Shown here: in pieces, positions 50,901 to 60,400 of the stretch
Position numbering within the stretch: position 1 is the stretch's first letter
Layout: the number at the start of each line of letters is the position of its first letter
Source of the DNA: a virus
Length of the DNA stretch: 64,000 nucleotides
Reading direction: 5' to 3' (one strand)
Virus record (IMG/VR): IMGVR_UViG_3300043449_002204
Coordinates: 13,736 to 77,735 of that record
Notes under the pieces: generated by a model
Told to the model about the DNA's origin: nothing
Seen by the model: the letters and a program-made list of their open reading frames with translations, nothing else
Database searches by the model: none
Translations under genes and position numbers: made by a program

Positions 50901-52916
50901 AGACTCACTAAATTTAATATCATATGGTGGAAACCACATAACTCGACCTCCGTTTGGACCTTTTTCACAATCAGGTAATTCGTCGTATGTAAAACCGGGT
51001 CGGCTAGATGTTCTCCAAGCTAAATTTTCCAAAGAAAACATATATTTTTTAGCAACAATCTTACCTGAACCATCTTTCATTAAGTTTGTAGAGCCAATTC
51101 TGTCCTCACTCGAACCTCGTAATGGTACAATATTTAAATTATATGTGTTATCCATTACCGAATTTGTGAATCTTCTACCCGTTTTTGTTATACCATCTCT
51201 TTTTTGTAGGTCGGCGTAAGTTAAATAAGGAGTATCTTTTGCAAAAACTCTACAATATTCTCTACCAACTTCACCTCCAGTTGTATTATCAGTATAAGAA
51301 ACAACTTGAGAACCTTTTGTCATTTCTTTATACCCGTCATTGAAAACCTTACTTACTTGGTTAATAGCATTACCAACGTGTTTTAATTTAGTAATCCCTT
51401 GTAGATTATCAGCGGATTGTATTAATCTTTGAGTATTATCGAGTATTGAATTTTTCTTAAACTCAATATTTGTAGATTCTCCTTTGGTGTATGTAGAACT
51501 TACAACATTAAATTCATCATCTCTACTTCCGATTCCTCCTCCAACTGTTGGTTTATATCCCGCGGCCCCTTTGAATTTAGGAGATGTCCATACAAATGCT
51601 CCTGTAATATCACCGGTATCCGCATATGACTTTGCCTTTAAACCAAAATTAATTACCTCCTCATTACCTTCATAAAGAATACCTAATTCTGATGGTCCAA
51701 AAACAGGAGCATTGACTTGTTGTCCATATGCGTTTACAGGTATTTGATTTGGTGGTGACGTAATGGTGCTTGGTTCCGCATTTCTACTACCAACATAATA
51801 ACCTCCAACTTCACCACCTCCGTCAATTAAACTTGCCGCTAAATTAACAATACTTTGGGCGGCACCTAAAAGTCCTCCAAATTGTTGTTTATATCCTGGT
51901 TGATACCTATTATAATCTAAATTGTTAAACAGAGCAGACCTTTGGGCATTACCTGTGTTCGCTAAAAATATTTCTGAAGGATTCCTAGTTATGTTTAATA
52001 CCGGTCCTAAAAATCCTCCTGTTAATTGATTTGCAACGTTTAAAGCATTAGATACTTGTTCTGATTGACCGTTTGGTGTATTTTCTTCAAAATAATCTCC
52101 AGGTATTGGTGATACGGGCCAATAAGCACTTGCTAATCTTGTTGCTAAATCCACCGCTCTTAAAACAGGATTTTCAGGTACAGTAATTCTCCAATTTTGA
52201 TAAACTAATGGTTGTTGTCCTGTAATTAATAAACTCGCATTAAAAGGGTCCTGTAATGATTGTAAATTAACAAGTCCGACAGTATTTTGAAATATTTCAG
52301 CGTTAATTCTAGCCTCAAATAAATCCCTTAAACTTTCCGCAGATAATTTAGCAAGATAAGAATCTTGTGATAATGACCCGTCACTACCTGTTGGATTGGT
52401 TGAGGTTAAAATTTGATACGGTGAATATATTGACGGTATAAAACTAGGTGGTTCCCAATATGGTATGAATACCTTATTAGTTAAAGGTATGTCTTCTGTA
52501 CTGTATAAAAATTCATATCCATCAACAGGTCTAAATCTGTTTTGATTATTTGGTGATGCATATGAATCATTAAGATAATAATCTGACCCAGAAACTAATG
52601 GACTAACTGAAAAAGGATAGTAAGGTCCTTGATTTGGGTCAACAGGTAATAAAGGTCCGTTATAGGTTATATTTAGATTATATCCACCCTCAGGTCCAAA
52701 CTCATTTAAAGGGTATAATTTATTAGCAAATGGGTCTTTTGCAATTAATTCGTCAGGTGAATTAACCACAGATAAATTTGATTGTACATATTCAAAATTT
52801 ACTTGATTTGCCGGTGGAGAGTAGACCCCAGCAACATTATATGGGGCCAAATTCCTTGCCATTAATCTTTCTCTAAAAGATTGCGTGGAAGAAAATGTTA
52901 AAGTACTCTCAGACAT
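47904..52916 (-). CDS. Tail tube initiator / baseplate protein (gp48/gp54-like) with an inserted OmpA-like domain
   Basis: Tube-initiator halves FSESSSANWNPTSFLGRPEPIYTYKDTSRTGQLSWKI and GAPPVLILRIGDFF..TSLQIGYE..QPMLANISMSF flank the OmpA-like FYFDND..GSAS..YNEALSKRR..CRRVRI. Confidence 0.7.
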   Translation of the reverse strand: MSESTLTFSSTQSFRERLMARNLAPYNVAGVYSPPANQVNFEYVQSNLSVVNSPDELIAKDPFANKLYPLNEFGPEGGYNLNITYNGPLLPVDPNQGPYYPFSVSPLVSGSDYYLNDSYASPNNQNRFRPVDGYEFLYSTEDIPLTNKVFIPYWEPPSFIPSIYSPYQILTSTNPTGSDGSLSQDSYLAKLSAESLRDLFEARINAEIFQNTVGLVNLQSLQDPFNASLLITGQQPLVYQNWRITVPENPVLRAVDLATRLASAYWPVSPIPGDYFEENTPNGQSEQVSNALNVANQLTGGFLGPVLNITRNPSEIFLANTGNAQRSALFNNLDYNRYQPGYKQQFGGLLGAAQSIVNLAASLIDGGGEVGGYYVGSRNAEPSTITSPPNQIPVNAYGQQVNAPVFGPSELGILYEGNEEVINFGLKAKSYADTGDITGAFVWTSPKFKGAAGYKPTVGGGIGSRDDEFNVVSSTYTKGESTNIEFKKNSILDNTQRLIQSADNLQGITKLKHVGNAINQVSKVFNDGYKEMTKGSQVVSYTDNTTGGEVGREYCRVFAKDTPYLTYADLQKRDGITKTGRRFTNSVMDNTYNLNIVPLRGSSEDRIGSTNLMKDGSGKIVAKKYMFSLENLAWRTSSRPGFTYDELPDCEKGPNGGRVMWFPPYDIKFSESSSANWNPTSFLGRPEPIYTYKDTSRTGQLSWKIIVDSPSVINAIIEKQLKGQNKERVNSIIDSFFAGCVKYDIYELAKKFNTIPSKDLYTYQEIINNPRLTPEELAGVKREIPTEYTVDVYTPGVAEEVPQVAEDTSLSEFNSKYLGFAFYFDNDVPGPKDKNVTTTSEDFQTAYNTYLGQKSTYSSTASVTFAAGNPEANTDVFFTTIIEDNYRTIQTGFIPEALDILENKKGTISITMVGSASATASPQYNEALSKRRIDSIKNYFRNNRFGQYLDDQTFKIISEQGAGESITIPQYSSEVTTGTTTEQSRDSGTQGSVNCTEDIKDKNNKVTTNSQTYSVSAMACRRVRISNINVVPSPPPPPPPKPDPTPVKTTETRTSATTITQYPPQPQPTVDIVKKLKDGIGKKILRQLFSECDYFEVIKETNPFVYDSIQEKVKYFNPAFHSMTPEGLNARLTFLNQCVRPGETIPVIGTDGNPKYNDAVNTSFGAPPVLILRIGDFFHTKIIPTSLQIGYEPLVFDLNPEGIGVQPMLANISMSFNIIGGQGIAKPVEQLQNALSFNYYGNTEVYDERAVFTEDTSALDKTLVQGVLDGEQPATAADVNNQQPNDGGSTIGTIITNIPVASGQTGEIGYKDIMDKLYDNTKDYFTTIVNQLEKVVLQNNYGLLTLLNDRRDINSSSTDLPTKNGGDDNVVKIYGNPSDYETSINSLFQSNIESVNEEYNPIISEFVVKHGSSYSGIILDNLKNNLNNYLKALQPTFSNNVSTIVQGITIFQQDFYQTVRKVSLVSQAIDGKLLSGNVPRVYNISGTSEVSAASETAPADTLDELREDFQSFIDLLPDFDDLMTVTYAVFTNTYYDGDFEQPFSNSELIDEYDKYFYIVIADILTNNTKLDEFNTALLKGVEGDNQLARRVRRIVDDVGDRYKKEKRDEEKYFKDLKRDSEYKGFVDGLDEKLYVKGKLRKCDYNTTPNADVQANGEKIKDLYLNPFKFK

Positions 52917-52945
52917 TAATTAAACTTTATTATAAATAGATAAAG

Positions 52946-54844
52946 TTATCGTTTTTTATCCATTGGATTTCCAGCAGGAGTTAATCCATTATTACTTTGT
53001 GCAATTTGTATCGCTTTAATTAATTCTTGTTGGAACATTGGGTCTTGTAGTATTTTTTGTAATTGAGCGGTATCGATATTAGGTGGTGCATCCAATTTAA
53101 TATTCATAGATATTGTAGAATTTGAATTTGTTGTCATTGGAGCTTGTTGAGCGGTTGTATTAGCTCCTCCCATAGTAGTATTATTAACCTGATTAAGGTT
53201 TGGGTTTGTTGCCGCGTTTTGATTTGTGGATGTATTACCATCAGTTGTAGTAGTTTGGTTAGCAAATCCTTCAGCCTTTGCCGCGGCATTTTTAAATCCT
53301 TCCATAGAATTAGTTAATAATTCTACAAACTTATTTTGACTAGTACCCATTGCCTCTGTACTTGTTTTAGCGGATTCAATTGCGGTTTTAAACGCCCCTT
53401 CAAATAAATCTTTAGTACTTGTTATCGTGGTACCTAACGCACTAAAAACATCCGCAACACTACCTTCACCAGTTAAAACTTTATTGACCGAATCTAATAC
53501 CGCTGCACCATTTTTTTCGTAGTGTTCTCTCAATGTTCTTATATCTAACCCATCAAACACTTCCACAGTTTTTTCATATCCCTTAGTTATAGCTTCAATC
53601 ATTTGTCCTCCTAATTCTGACCCAGCAATTGCATACCCCTCTCTTCCTTCAACCGCGCCTATATTAGCTTGTATAGCCTTCAATGCGTGTAATTGTTCCT
53701 TGGCCAACTCTTCCATAGATTTTGGCTCATTTTCTTTCATGAATTCTTGAAAAGCCTTTTGGTCTCCTTGGAATTTGTCCATGAGTTTATTAACCTCAAC
53801 CTCTTGACCTTTATATTGAATAACGTATTCACCTTTATCATTCATTTCGGCCAGATTGGCAATAAAGTTTCTATCTTCTTCTTTAATCGCGTCAGGGAAT
53901 CTGATTTTTTGCATCTTATCATCCAATTCTTTCGCCCCTATCGCCATTTTCGACAATTGTTCATAACTCATACCCATCGCTTCTGCAATTTCTCTTAATC
54001 GTCTTTGACTTCCAGGTGCTATTTGGAATCTACCTTTTTCATTTAACTCAACAAAACTTTTAGCCATTCCTGCCATTTGTCGTTGTAATTCTTCAGGGTC
54101 ATTTTGAGACAAATCCATTAATCTCAATGGGTCCAATAATTGAGATTGGGTTACCCCAAGTCTTTGTAAGGCCGCCGCAGTTTCAATCGCACCTTCAGGA
54201 TTAAATACTTTTTCAGCAAATTTAAACGTATCCGCCATATCCATATTGATAGCGGTTGCGTGTGCAGCCATTCTTGCAAGACCCTCAACACCATTTGAAA
54301 AATTATATTTGTTAATTTTATCCATGTGTGTAACAACATCCGCCGCCACTGCCTGTGCATTAACACCAATTTCCCTAGCGGAGTTAACCACCTTTTCCAT
54401 TTCTTTGCCGGCCTGATAAGTTGATATACCTATTTCTTTAAATTTTGGTAAAAACTTATCCACTTGTTGTCCTGAGACTTGTGCAGATGCAAACAAACCA
54501 GCATATGATTCGGATGCGAGTGTAACATTTCTACCTAAAGATATTCCTACTTCTTGTTGTATTTTAGCAACATCCGCAAAAGAACCACCAAGTAATGTAA
54601 CCTCTGTTACCGCAGCGGTCATTGCCTCCTTTAAATTAACAATATTAGCCGACCCTAAACCAAAAGATTTTGCAATTTCTTTTGCGGCAATATCAACCTC
54701 AAGTAATTTTTCAGTAATATTGTCAACAGATATGTTAGTCGCTAGGGCGTCTCCAATTTCTTTTCCAAAATCTTGGATAACATTTTTTAAGTCGTCTAGC
54801 GTACCTTTTTTTTTCTTTTCTTCTTCGTCGCTTGGACCTGCCAT
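52946..54844 (-). CDS. Tape measure protein
   Basis: 632-aa Ala/Glu/Lys/Met-rich helical protein (e.g. LREIAEAMGMSYEQLSKM), located between the chaperone genes and the tube initiator. Confidence 0.75.
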   Translation of the reverse strand: MAGPSDEEEKKKKGTLDDLKNVIQDFGKEIGDALATNISVDNITEKLLEVDIAAKEIAKSFGLGSANIVNLKEAMTAAVTEVTLLGGSFADVAKIQQEVGISLGRNVTLASESYAGLFASAQVSGQQVDKFLPKFKEIGISTYQAGKEMEKVVNSAREIGVNAQAVAADVVTHMDKINKYNFSNGVEGLARMAAHATAINMDMADTFKFAEKVFNPEGAIETAAALQRLGVTQSQLLDPLRLMDLSQNDPEELQRQMAGMAKSFVELNEKGRFQIAPGSQRRLREIAEAMGMSYEQLSKMAIGAKELDDKMQKIRFPDAIKEEDRNFIANLAEMNDKGEYVIQYKGQEVEVNKLMDKFQGDQKAFQEFMKENEPKSMEELAKEQLHALKAIQANIGAVEGREGYAIAGSELGGQMIEAITKGYEKTVEVFDGLDIRTLREHYEKNGAAVLDSVNKVLTGEGSVADVFSALGTTITSTKDLFEGAFKTAIESAKTSTEAMGTSQNKFVELLTNSMEGFKNAAAKAEGFANQTTTTDGNTSTNQNAATNPNLNQVNNTTMGGANTTAQQAPMTTNSNSTISMNIKLDAPPNIDTAQLQKILQDPMFQQELIKAIQIAQSNNGLTPAGNPMDKKR

Positions 54845-54881
54845 AATTCTATTTTATAATAAATAGAACGCAGACACATTT

Positions 54882-55007
54882 TTAACTTTTTGGAGTGTTG
54901 TATTCTATGATTTTATCAACCAAATATTTTCTAACATAGGTTGGCATTGTTAAAAAATCTTGGTACTGTGTTCTCATGAATCTACCTAATAAGATAAATT
55001 CATCCAT
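54882..55007 (-). CDS. gp51/gpT-like chaperone extension ORF, not in the track; likely reached by frameshift from the upstream gene
   Basis: Translates as (FFALSSDYRQYL)MDEFILLGRFMRTQYQDFLTMPTYVRKYLVDKIIEYNTPKS*, in the +1 frame relative to 55024..55782 and open across its stop. The FLxMPxxxR motif fits chaperone C-terminal extensions. Confidence 0.75.
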   Translation of the reverse strand: MDEFILLGRFMRTQYQDFLTMPTYVRKYLVDKIIEYNTPKS

Positions 55008-55023
55008 AAGATATTGTCTGTAA

Positions 55024-55782
55024 TCAGAAGAAAGGGCGAAAAAATTCGACCCCAAACGCAATCGTAAACGTTGCTATTTCTCCTGATGGGGCTTTTACTT
55101 GTCTAGTTAAATCTAAACTAGGTTGATTATCACTCAAAAAAGTTCTAATGTACTTGGAGTCCATGATTGGTAATTGCTCAACAAATTTTGCAATATACCC
55201 TTTATCTCGTTCTCCATTAACCTCAACAATTTGTCTCTGAAGTCTCCACTGTATTCGTGGAGCAACTCGGCCTTGTGGGTATTCATCAGCCATTTTATTA
55301 ATCTCAATTACCTCACTATAAGTTAACAATCTTAATTTAACATCCGCTTCAGTTTTTGGTAATTTTGTAACAAACAAACCTTCCTCATTTGGTTTATATT
55401 TAGTTTGTTTGATATTTAACTCATCCAAAACTACAGTAACGTCAAACATTTTTTTAGTTTCAGGGTCTTCAACTTTTACACTATACTCTGGTCCAAAAGA
55501 TGTATTTCTTAAAAAAATTAAAATAGCCTCAATATCCCCCTCCAATAATTCATCAGGTCTTAAATCATGTTCATACAGTTTATTCCTAATAAGATTTAAA
55601 ACAAAATTATCTTTATTATTTATAGCCGAGCTAATAATAATATTTTCATCGCTAGCAGTTAGATATCCAACCTTTACACTTTTCTTTTTTGACTTGTAAA
55701 AAATACCACCAGAAGGTAACGATATTACATCGTGAGGTAGACTAAAATTTTCAGTTGCGGCGTGAAGTAATGATTCGTCCAT
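55024..55782 (-). CDS. Tail assembly chaperone / baseplate hub assembly protein (T4 gp26-like)
   Basis: Motifs LPSGGIFY, LTASDENII, LLEGDIEAILIFLRNTSFGPEY and the GVEFFRP end. Lies between the tube and tape measure genes. Confidence 0.8.
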   Translation of the reverse strand: MDESLLHAATENFSLPHDVISLPSGGIFYKSKKKSVKVGYLTASDENIIISSAINNKDNFVLNLIRNKLYEHDLRPDELLEGDIEAILIFLRNTSFGPEYSVKVEDPETKKMFDVTVVLDELNIKQTKYKPNEEGLFVTKLPKTEADVKLRLLTYSEVIEINKMADEYPQGRVAPRIQWRLQRQIVEVNGERDKGYIAKFVEQLPIMDSKYIRTFLSDNQPSLDLTRQVKAPSGEIATFTIAFGVEFFRPFF

Positions 55783-55821
55783 AGTTTTTTATTTAAAATA
55801 ATAAGTTAGATTGAGAATATA

Positions 55822-55950
55822 TCAATCTTTATTTTGATTATTATTTTTTTCTTTCGTATATTTTTTGTTGTGCCTGTTTACGAATTCTTCTTCAGTTTCA
55901 AATATTCGTCCACAAGTGTTACAAGTATACCCTGTTATATTTTCTTGCAT
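55822..55950 (-). CDS. Possible 42-aa C2H2-like zinc-finger micro-protein (not in track)
   Basis: MQENITGYTCNTCGRIFETEEEFVNRHNKK... matches Y-x-C-x2-C-x3-F, but has only one His. Confidence 0.4.
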   Translation of the reverse strand: MQENITGYTCNTCGRIFETEEEFVNRHNKKYTKEKNNNQNKD

Positions 55951-55983
55951 AAAAAATCCTGTATAAAAATATATACAGGATTT
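55951..55983 (-). terminator. Intrinsic terminator after the tail tube gene
   Basis: 12-bp stem aaatcctgtata/tatacaggattt with U6 on the minus strand. Confidence 0.75.
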
Positions 55984-56004
55984 CTTAAAATATGTAAATA
56001 AAGA

Positions 56005-56493
56005 TTAGTAAACCAAAATACAACGGTCCATACGAAGTGTTGCAGATATTGTTGCCAAAGCATCTGAGTTATACGCTAAAGTATCAAAATTAACATCAGA
56101 TAAGAATGTACCCTCCAAAATCCATTTTTCTACAACAACTCCTGTTGGGTCTAATAACTCAAGGTCGACATTTTTCTTGTAACCCGCAGCATAACCCATA
56201 CGGCCAGTAACTGATTCAGCACATAAACGAACCCATTCCATAAGTGCTTGTGAAGCCGAAGGTCCAATTGGGTCACGGAATTTAACATTTATTGTACTCC
56301 AAGTAAATCTACCTGCAACATAAGTTTCAGTATTTAAAAATGGAATCGCAACAGGATTAATGGTTATGTGAGGACGAGAGGTACTCTCAACAAACCATTC
56401 ATTGATACCTAACGTAGTGTCAAAACGAAGAATAAATCGGTTTTGCCTTTTGGGTTCGTAAGGTATCGGCATTTTCATCAGTAAATCAGCCAT
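56005..56493 (-). CDS. Tail tube protein (T4 gp19-like)
   Basis: Motifs YEPKRQNRF, YVAGRFTW, ALMEWVR, YKKNVDLELLDPTGVVVEKWILEG and LRMDRC. Confidence 0.9.
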   Translation of the reverse strand: MADLLMKMPIPYEPKRQNRFILRFDTTLGINEWFVESTSRPHITINPVAIPFLNTETYVAGRFTWSTINVKFRDPIGPSASQALMEWVRLCAESVTGRMGYAAGYKKNVDLELLDPTGVVVEKWILEGTFLSDVNFDTLAYNSDALATISATLRMDRCILVY

Positions 56494-56610
56494 CGTATAT
56501 CAGTTTTTAATTTTTTATTTTTTTGTTTTATATTATATAAATATACCAAGTTATTTTTTTTCTATTTACTTTGGTTTTTTTTCAAATAGATTCCAGTTAT
56601 AAGTATCCAG

Positions 56611-57429
56611 TTAATATGGTTTTTTAACTCCTCCAGCAGTTGATATAGTTTTTATTATATTATCCGGTTCTTTTTCAAAATGACTCTTAACTTTTTCTAA
56701 GTTTCTTAAATCATCATCTGAAAAACCTATTGTTGGTGTAAATCTATTGGATATTTTATTTTTCAAAAATGCTTTTTTATTAATCATTTGTGATATTCTT
56801 TTAACATAATCAACAAATTGTTTTAAAGCCTTAATTTTACCTTCTTCAGGATTAGTGGCACTTCCCTCACCATAAGTAACAGGATAAAAACGACACATAT
56901 CAAGATATTCTAAAATCATGTCTCGTTTAGACGATTGTCCAACACCCTCCAAGTCACGAAACTTTTCTAAATTTTTAACCAATTCATTTGAATCTATACC
57001 CATATGATTTGATATTATCATATTATATACTGATTCCTTCATTACACTTGGAGTATGACCTCTCGCAGTAACAATAGAAAAGATTGACCCGTTATTTATC
57101 GCCTCTACAAAATCACTCCAAGCAGGACCAGGTTTTGCTAGCATAGAATCTATAACAAATCTTTTATCACCCTCAATACTAAAATATCTAAATGGGTTTT
57201 CTGCAAATCCTGTAATCTCGTGACCTTCATATTCAAAAGGTTCTTTACCTATTTGACCTCTGTAATGAGCGAAATCTTCGGTAGACATCCCAACTTCATC
57301 ACCATCGACATCTTTTAAAACAATTTTAGTTGGCATAATAAGAATATTATCATCCCAATCAAAAGCATAATACTTCATATCGGGAGTTCCTTCATCTGTT
57401 AAACCTTCTAATATATATTTTTTTATCAT
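56611..57429 (-). CDS. HAD-superfamily phosphatase-like protein
   Basis: HAD motif I YAFDWDDNI, motif II IVTARG, motif III K and motif IV GFSDDD. Confidence 0.75.
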   Translation of the reverse strand: MIKKYILEGLTDEGTPDMKYYAFDWDDNILIMPTKIVLKDVDGDEVGMSTEDFAHYRGQIGKEPFEYEGHEITGFAENPFRYFSIEGDKRFVIDSMLAKPGPAWSDFVEAINNGSIFSIVTARGHTPSVMKESVYNMIISNHMGIDSNELVKNLEKFRDLEGVGQSSKRDMILEYLDMCRFYPVTYGEGSATNPEEGKIKALKQFVDYVKRISQMINKKAFLKNKISNRFTPTIGFSDDDLRNLEKVKSHFEKEPDNIIKTISTAGGVKKPY

Positions 57430-57435
57430 ATTAAT

Positions 57436-57472
57436 AAATAAGGACAGACCGACTTTTATATCGGCCTGTCCT
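57436..57472 (-). terminator. Hairpin/terminator after the tail sheath gene
   Basis: On the minus strand, a 12-bp stem aggacaggccga/tcggtctgtcct (one G-U) is followed by UAUUUAUU. Confidence 0.7.
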
Positions 57473-57483
57473 ATTAAAATTTA

Positions 57484-60400
57484 TTAGATATTTTCAAACG
57501 ACGCTCCTGTTGGAGTTATGTAGAATGTGATATCTATGAATTCGAGTGACCTTGTTGGTTTGATGTAAATCTTACCTGTCATTTGGTTTCTATCGAGGTC
57601 TGCGGTGTCCGAAGAAACTGTTACACGGAAATCGTATAAACCTCTGTCTCTTCTAATCGCATCCAAGATTGGGTTAACCGCATCAAGGAAGTCTTGTCTA
57701 ACTTTTTGGTCATTCTGTTCGAACAACAATCTTACAGAAACTGCTGAAATTAACTTACGAGCTTGTAACAACAATCTTCTAACGTTAATTCTGTCAAGAG
57801 CCGATTCTCTAACTTGGAGCGTCTTATTACCCCAAATCACAGTTCCTACATCAGAGAAAGTGGCGATTGGGTTAATTCTACCTTTGTAAAGAATGTCTCT
57901 ATCTTCCTGAGTCAGTTTCTTACGAGCTTTAATCGCGTTTACAATACCACGAGTGTAACCCGCCGCCGCAAACCAAGGGAATGCAATGTTGTCGGTTAAT
58001 GCCAAGTTTCTTGTAACCTCGGCAGTCGCTGGTAAGTAAATCTGTGTATTGTTAACACTATCGCGAGTTAATACCCAAGGATAGTATGTACAAGTATAGT
58101 TAGAATCAATACCTGTAGTTTCCAAGTTATCTACCGCTTCTTGTGGGTAAATAATTTCTTCAGGATTACCCGCTGAAGGTACTAACATGTTGTAATCAGG
58201 TGTTGTACATATGTACAGTGAGTCCGCTCTGTCAAATTCAATCATTTCAATAGCCGACTCAACAAGATTTGAATTGTTAACATAGTCAATACCAGGTGTT
58301 ACAAACAAGTTAATATTAACCGCTTCAGGGTTAGAGAATGTTTGTTGACCTAACAAATATGCGTAATAGTCAGTATTTGCCCAATCCACAGAGTTTTTAC
58401 CAATTGTAATTTTCTTAAACGCTCCCCATCCAGTTGCGTTAGGATATTGAATCGATTCACAAGCACCTTTTAGGTAACCTGATTTACCAAGTACGAATCT
58501 GTCTGAATTAGTTCTACGTTCAGTGTATATATCCCAACCATCAAAACCACCTTGTACTGCCAAAGTAAACTTACGGCCATATAAACGATAGTAAGGACTT
58601 TCAGAGTCTTCAGGGTCAGTAATAAATGGTGCCGAACCACAATAGAATGCTGCCGTACCACTTGTAGTAAATGCGTTTGCGATTGTGATACCTGTTGCAT
58701 TTTTATCCATGTGGAAACCTTTTGTTCTATAACCCCACTCTTCACCTGTTGGGTCAAGACATATACCATTAGGTAATCTCTTTCCTTTATATGCAAAGAA
58801 ATCAACATCATAACCAACTGTGTCAGATATTCCTAAGTAAGTACGTCTAATATTATCTCCTGCACTTGTTATTGCGTCGTCAGCTCCTGCTGAAGTACCA
58901 AATGGTGGGTTATAAACAACTTCACCTGGGAAATCATATTTTGTTTTATAGATTGGGAACGGAGGTACAACGCCCGCATATTGTCTAATATTATATCCTA
59001 AAAATCCACAAGGAAGTGCATCTGTAGGAGCATCCTCGTTCATCTCAACCATTATATATTTAGAATTTAACTGATATTCACCGTTTGATGTTCCTATCTT
59101 CGTAGCAATAAATCCATTCTCATTTGGGTCCATACTACAATTGGTGAATTTTTCTAAAACTACAGGTGCGTTATCTGAATCGAAATAATCTCTAACTAAT
59201 ATATCAAATGTTTGATTTGCAAATGACATATTAATCATAGAAATTTTAACTTGGACGTTAGCATCTTCACCATCAGCAATTGTGTGGAATCTAAATAAGT
59301 TATATACTTTAGAACCACGTAATTCAGATACAACCCAAGGAGAAACCGCCGATTGATATTGTTCTAAATAGAAACCGATAGATGTTACATCTTCACTTCT
59401 AGCACTATCTAATGCCGTTAAAGAAGTATTCAAACCTTTAATATAACCTTTTCTATAACCATAAGTTAAAAGATTTTGATAACGCTCTTCAACAAACAAA
59501 GGAACTGTTTGTCTTGGTTTTGCAAAATTAGTAGAACCAAAAACTTTTGATATATATTGGGTGTCAGCATTAGTAAATGACGTTTGGAAAAACAAGGTTG
59601 TTCCGTCATTATTAGTCACATTCAAACCAAAAGTTGAGTATGGGTTTTTAGTAACACCTGAATATTCTCCAGTTGTAACCATAGAAACGTCCGTTAATCC
59701 TGTAACTTCATAGACCGCACCTGTATCATTACCATAAGTTGCCAATCCTCTAGAACGTAATGTTGCGATTACTAAATCATCATATTCTAAATACGGAGTT
59801 CCTGAATACACAAAAATCTTACCTGTTAACGTACCTGAGTAACATCTAGTTATAGTTCCAACGTTTCCAGAACCCGCTCCAGTTGCGGTACATGGATTAC
59901 ATGGGTCACTTACTACAGCAACAATAGTCCAATCAACAGTAACGGTTCCATCATTTGAAACTAATTGAATAACCACAGAACCTGAAGTTAAATCTAAGAA
60001 TGATGCTCCGTCGTATATTACGGTACCATTAACTGTAACGTTATTATCATCAACACAAGTTGTAAAGGTTGGAGTAAAGACCGCACTTAGTGCCGGAACA
60101 CAAACTGTTATAGTATTTGTATTATAATTAATAGAACCTACGTTACCATCTAATGCAAATGTATAAAAAGTAGCACAATTTGATGAAGTCGATGTCGCAA
60201 TAAAATTTTCTATGTAAGAATAAAATGAATATCCTGAATACCCACCAACTTCATGTGAATTATTATCAAATAACGCATAATACCAAGGGTCATTATTCGA
60301 ATCGGTGTAATCATATCCGGTTGAGGATACACTATCTACACCAAATACATTAGTTTCAGCACTATAGGTTGTTGATAATGTATCATAAGTTTCACCTGAA

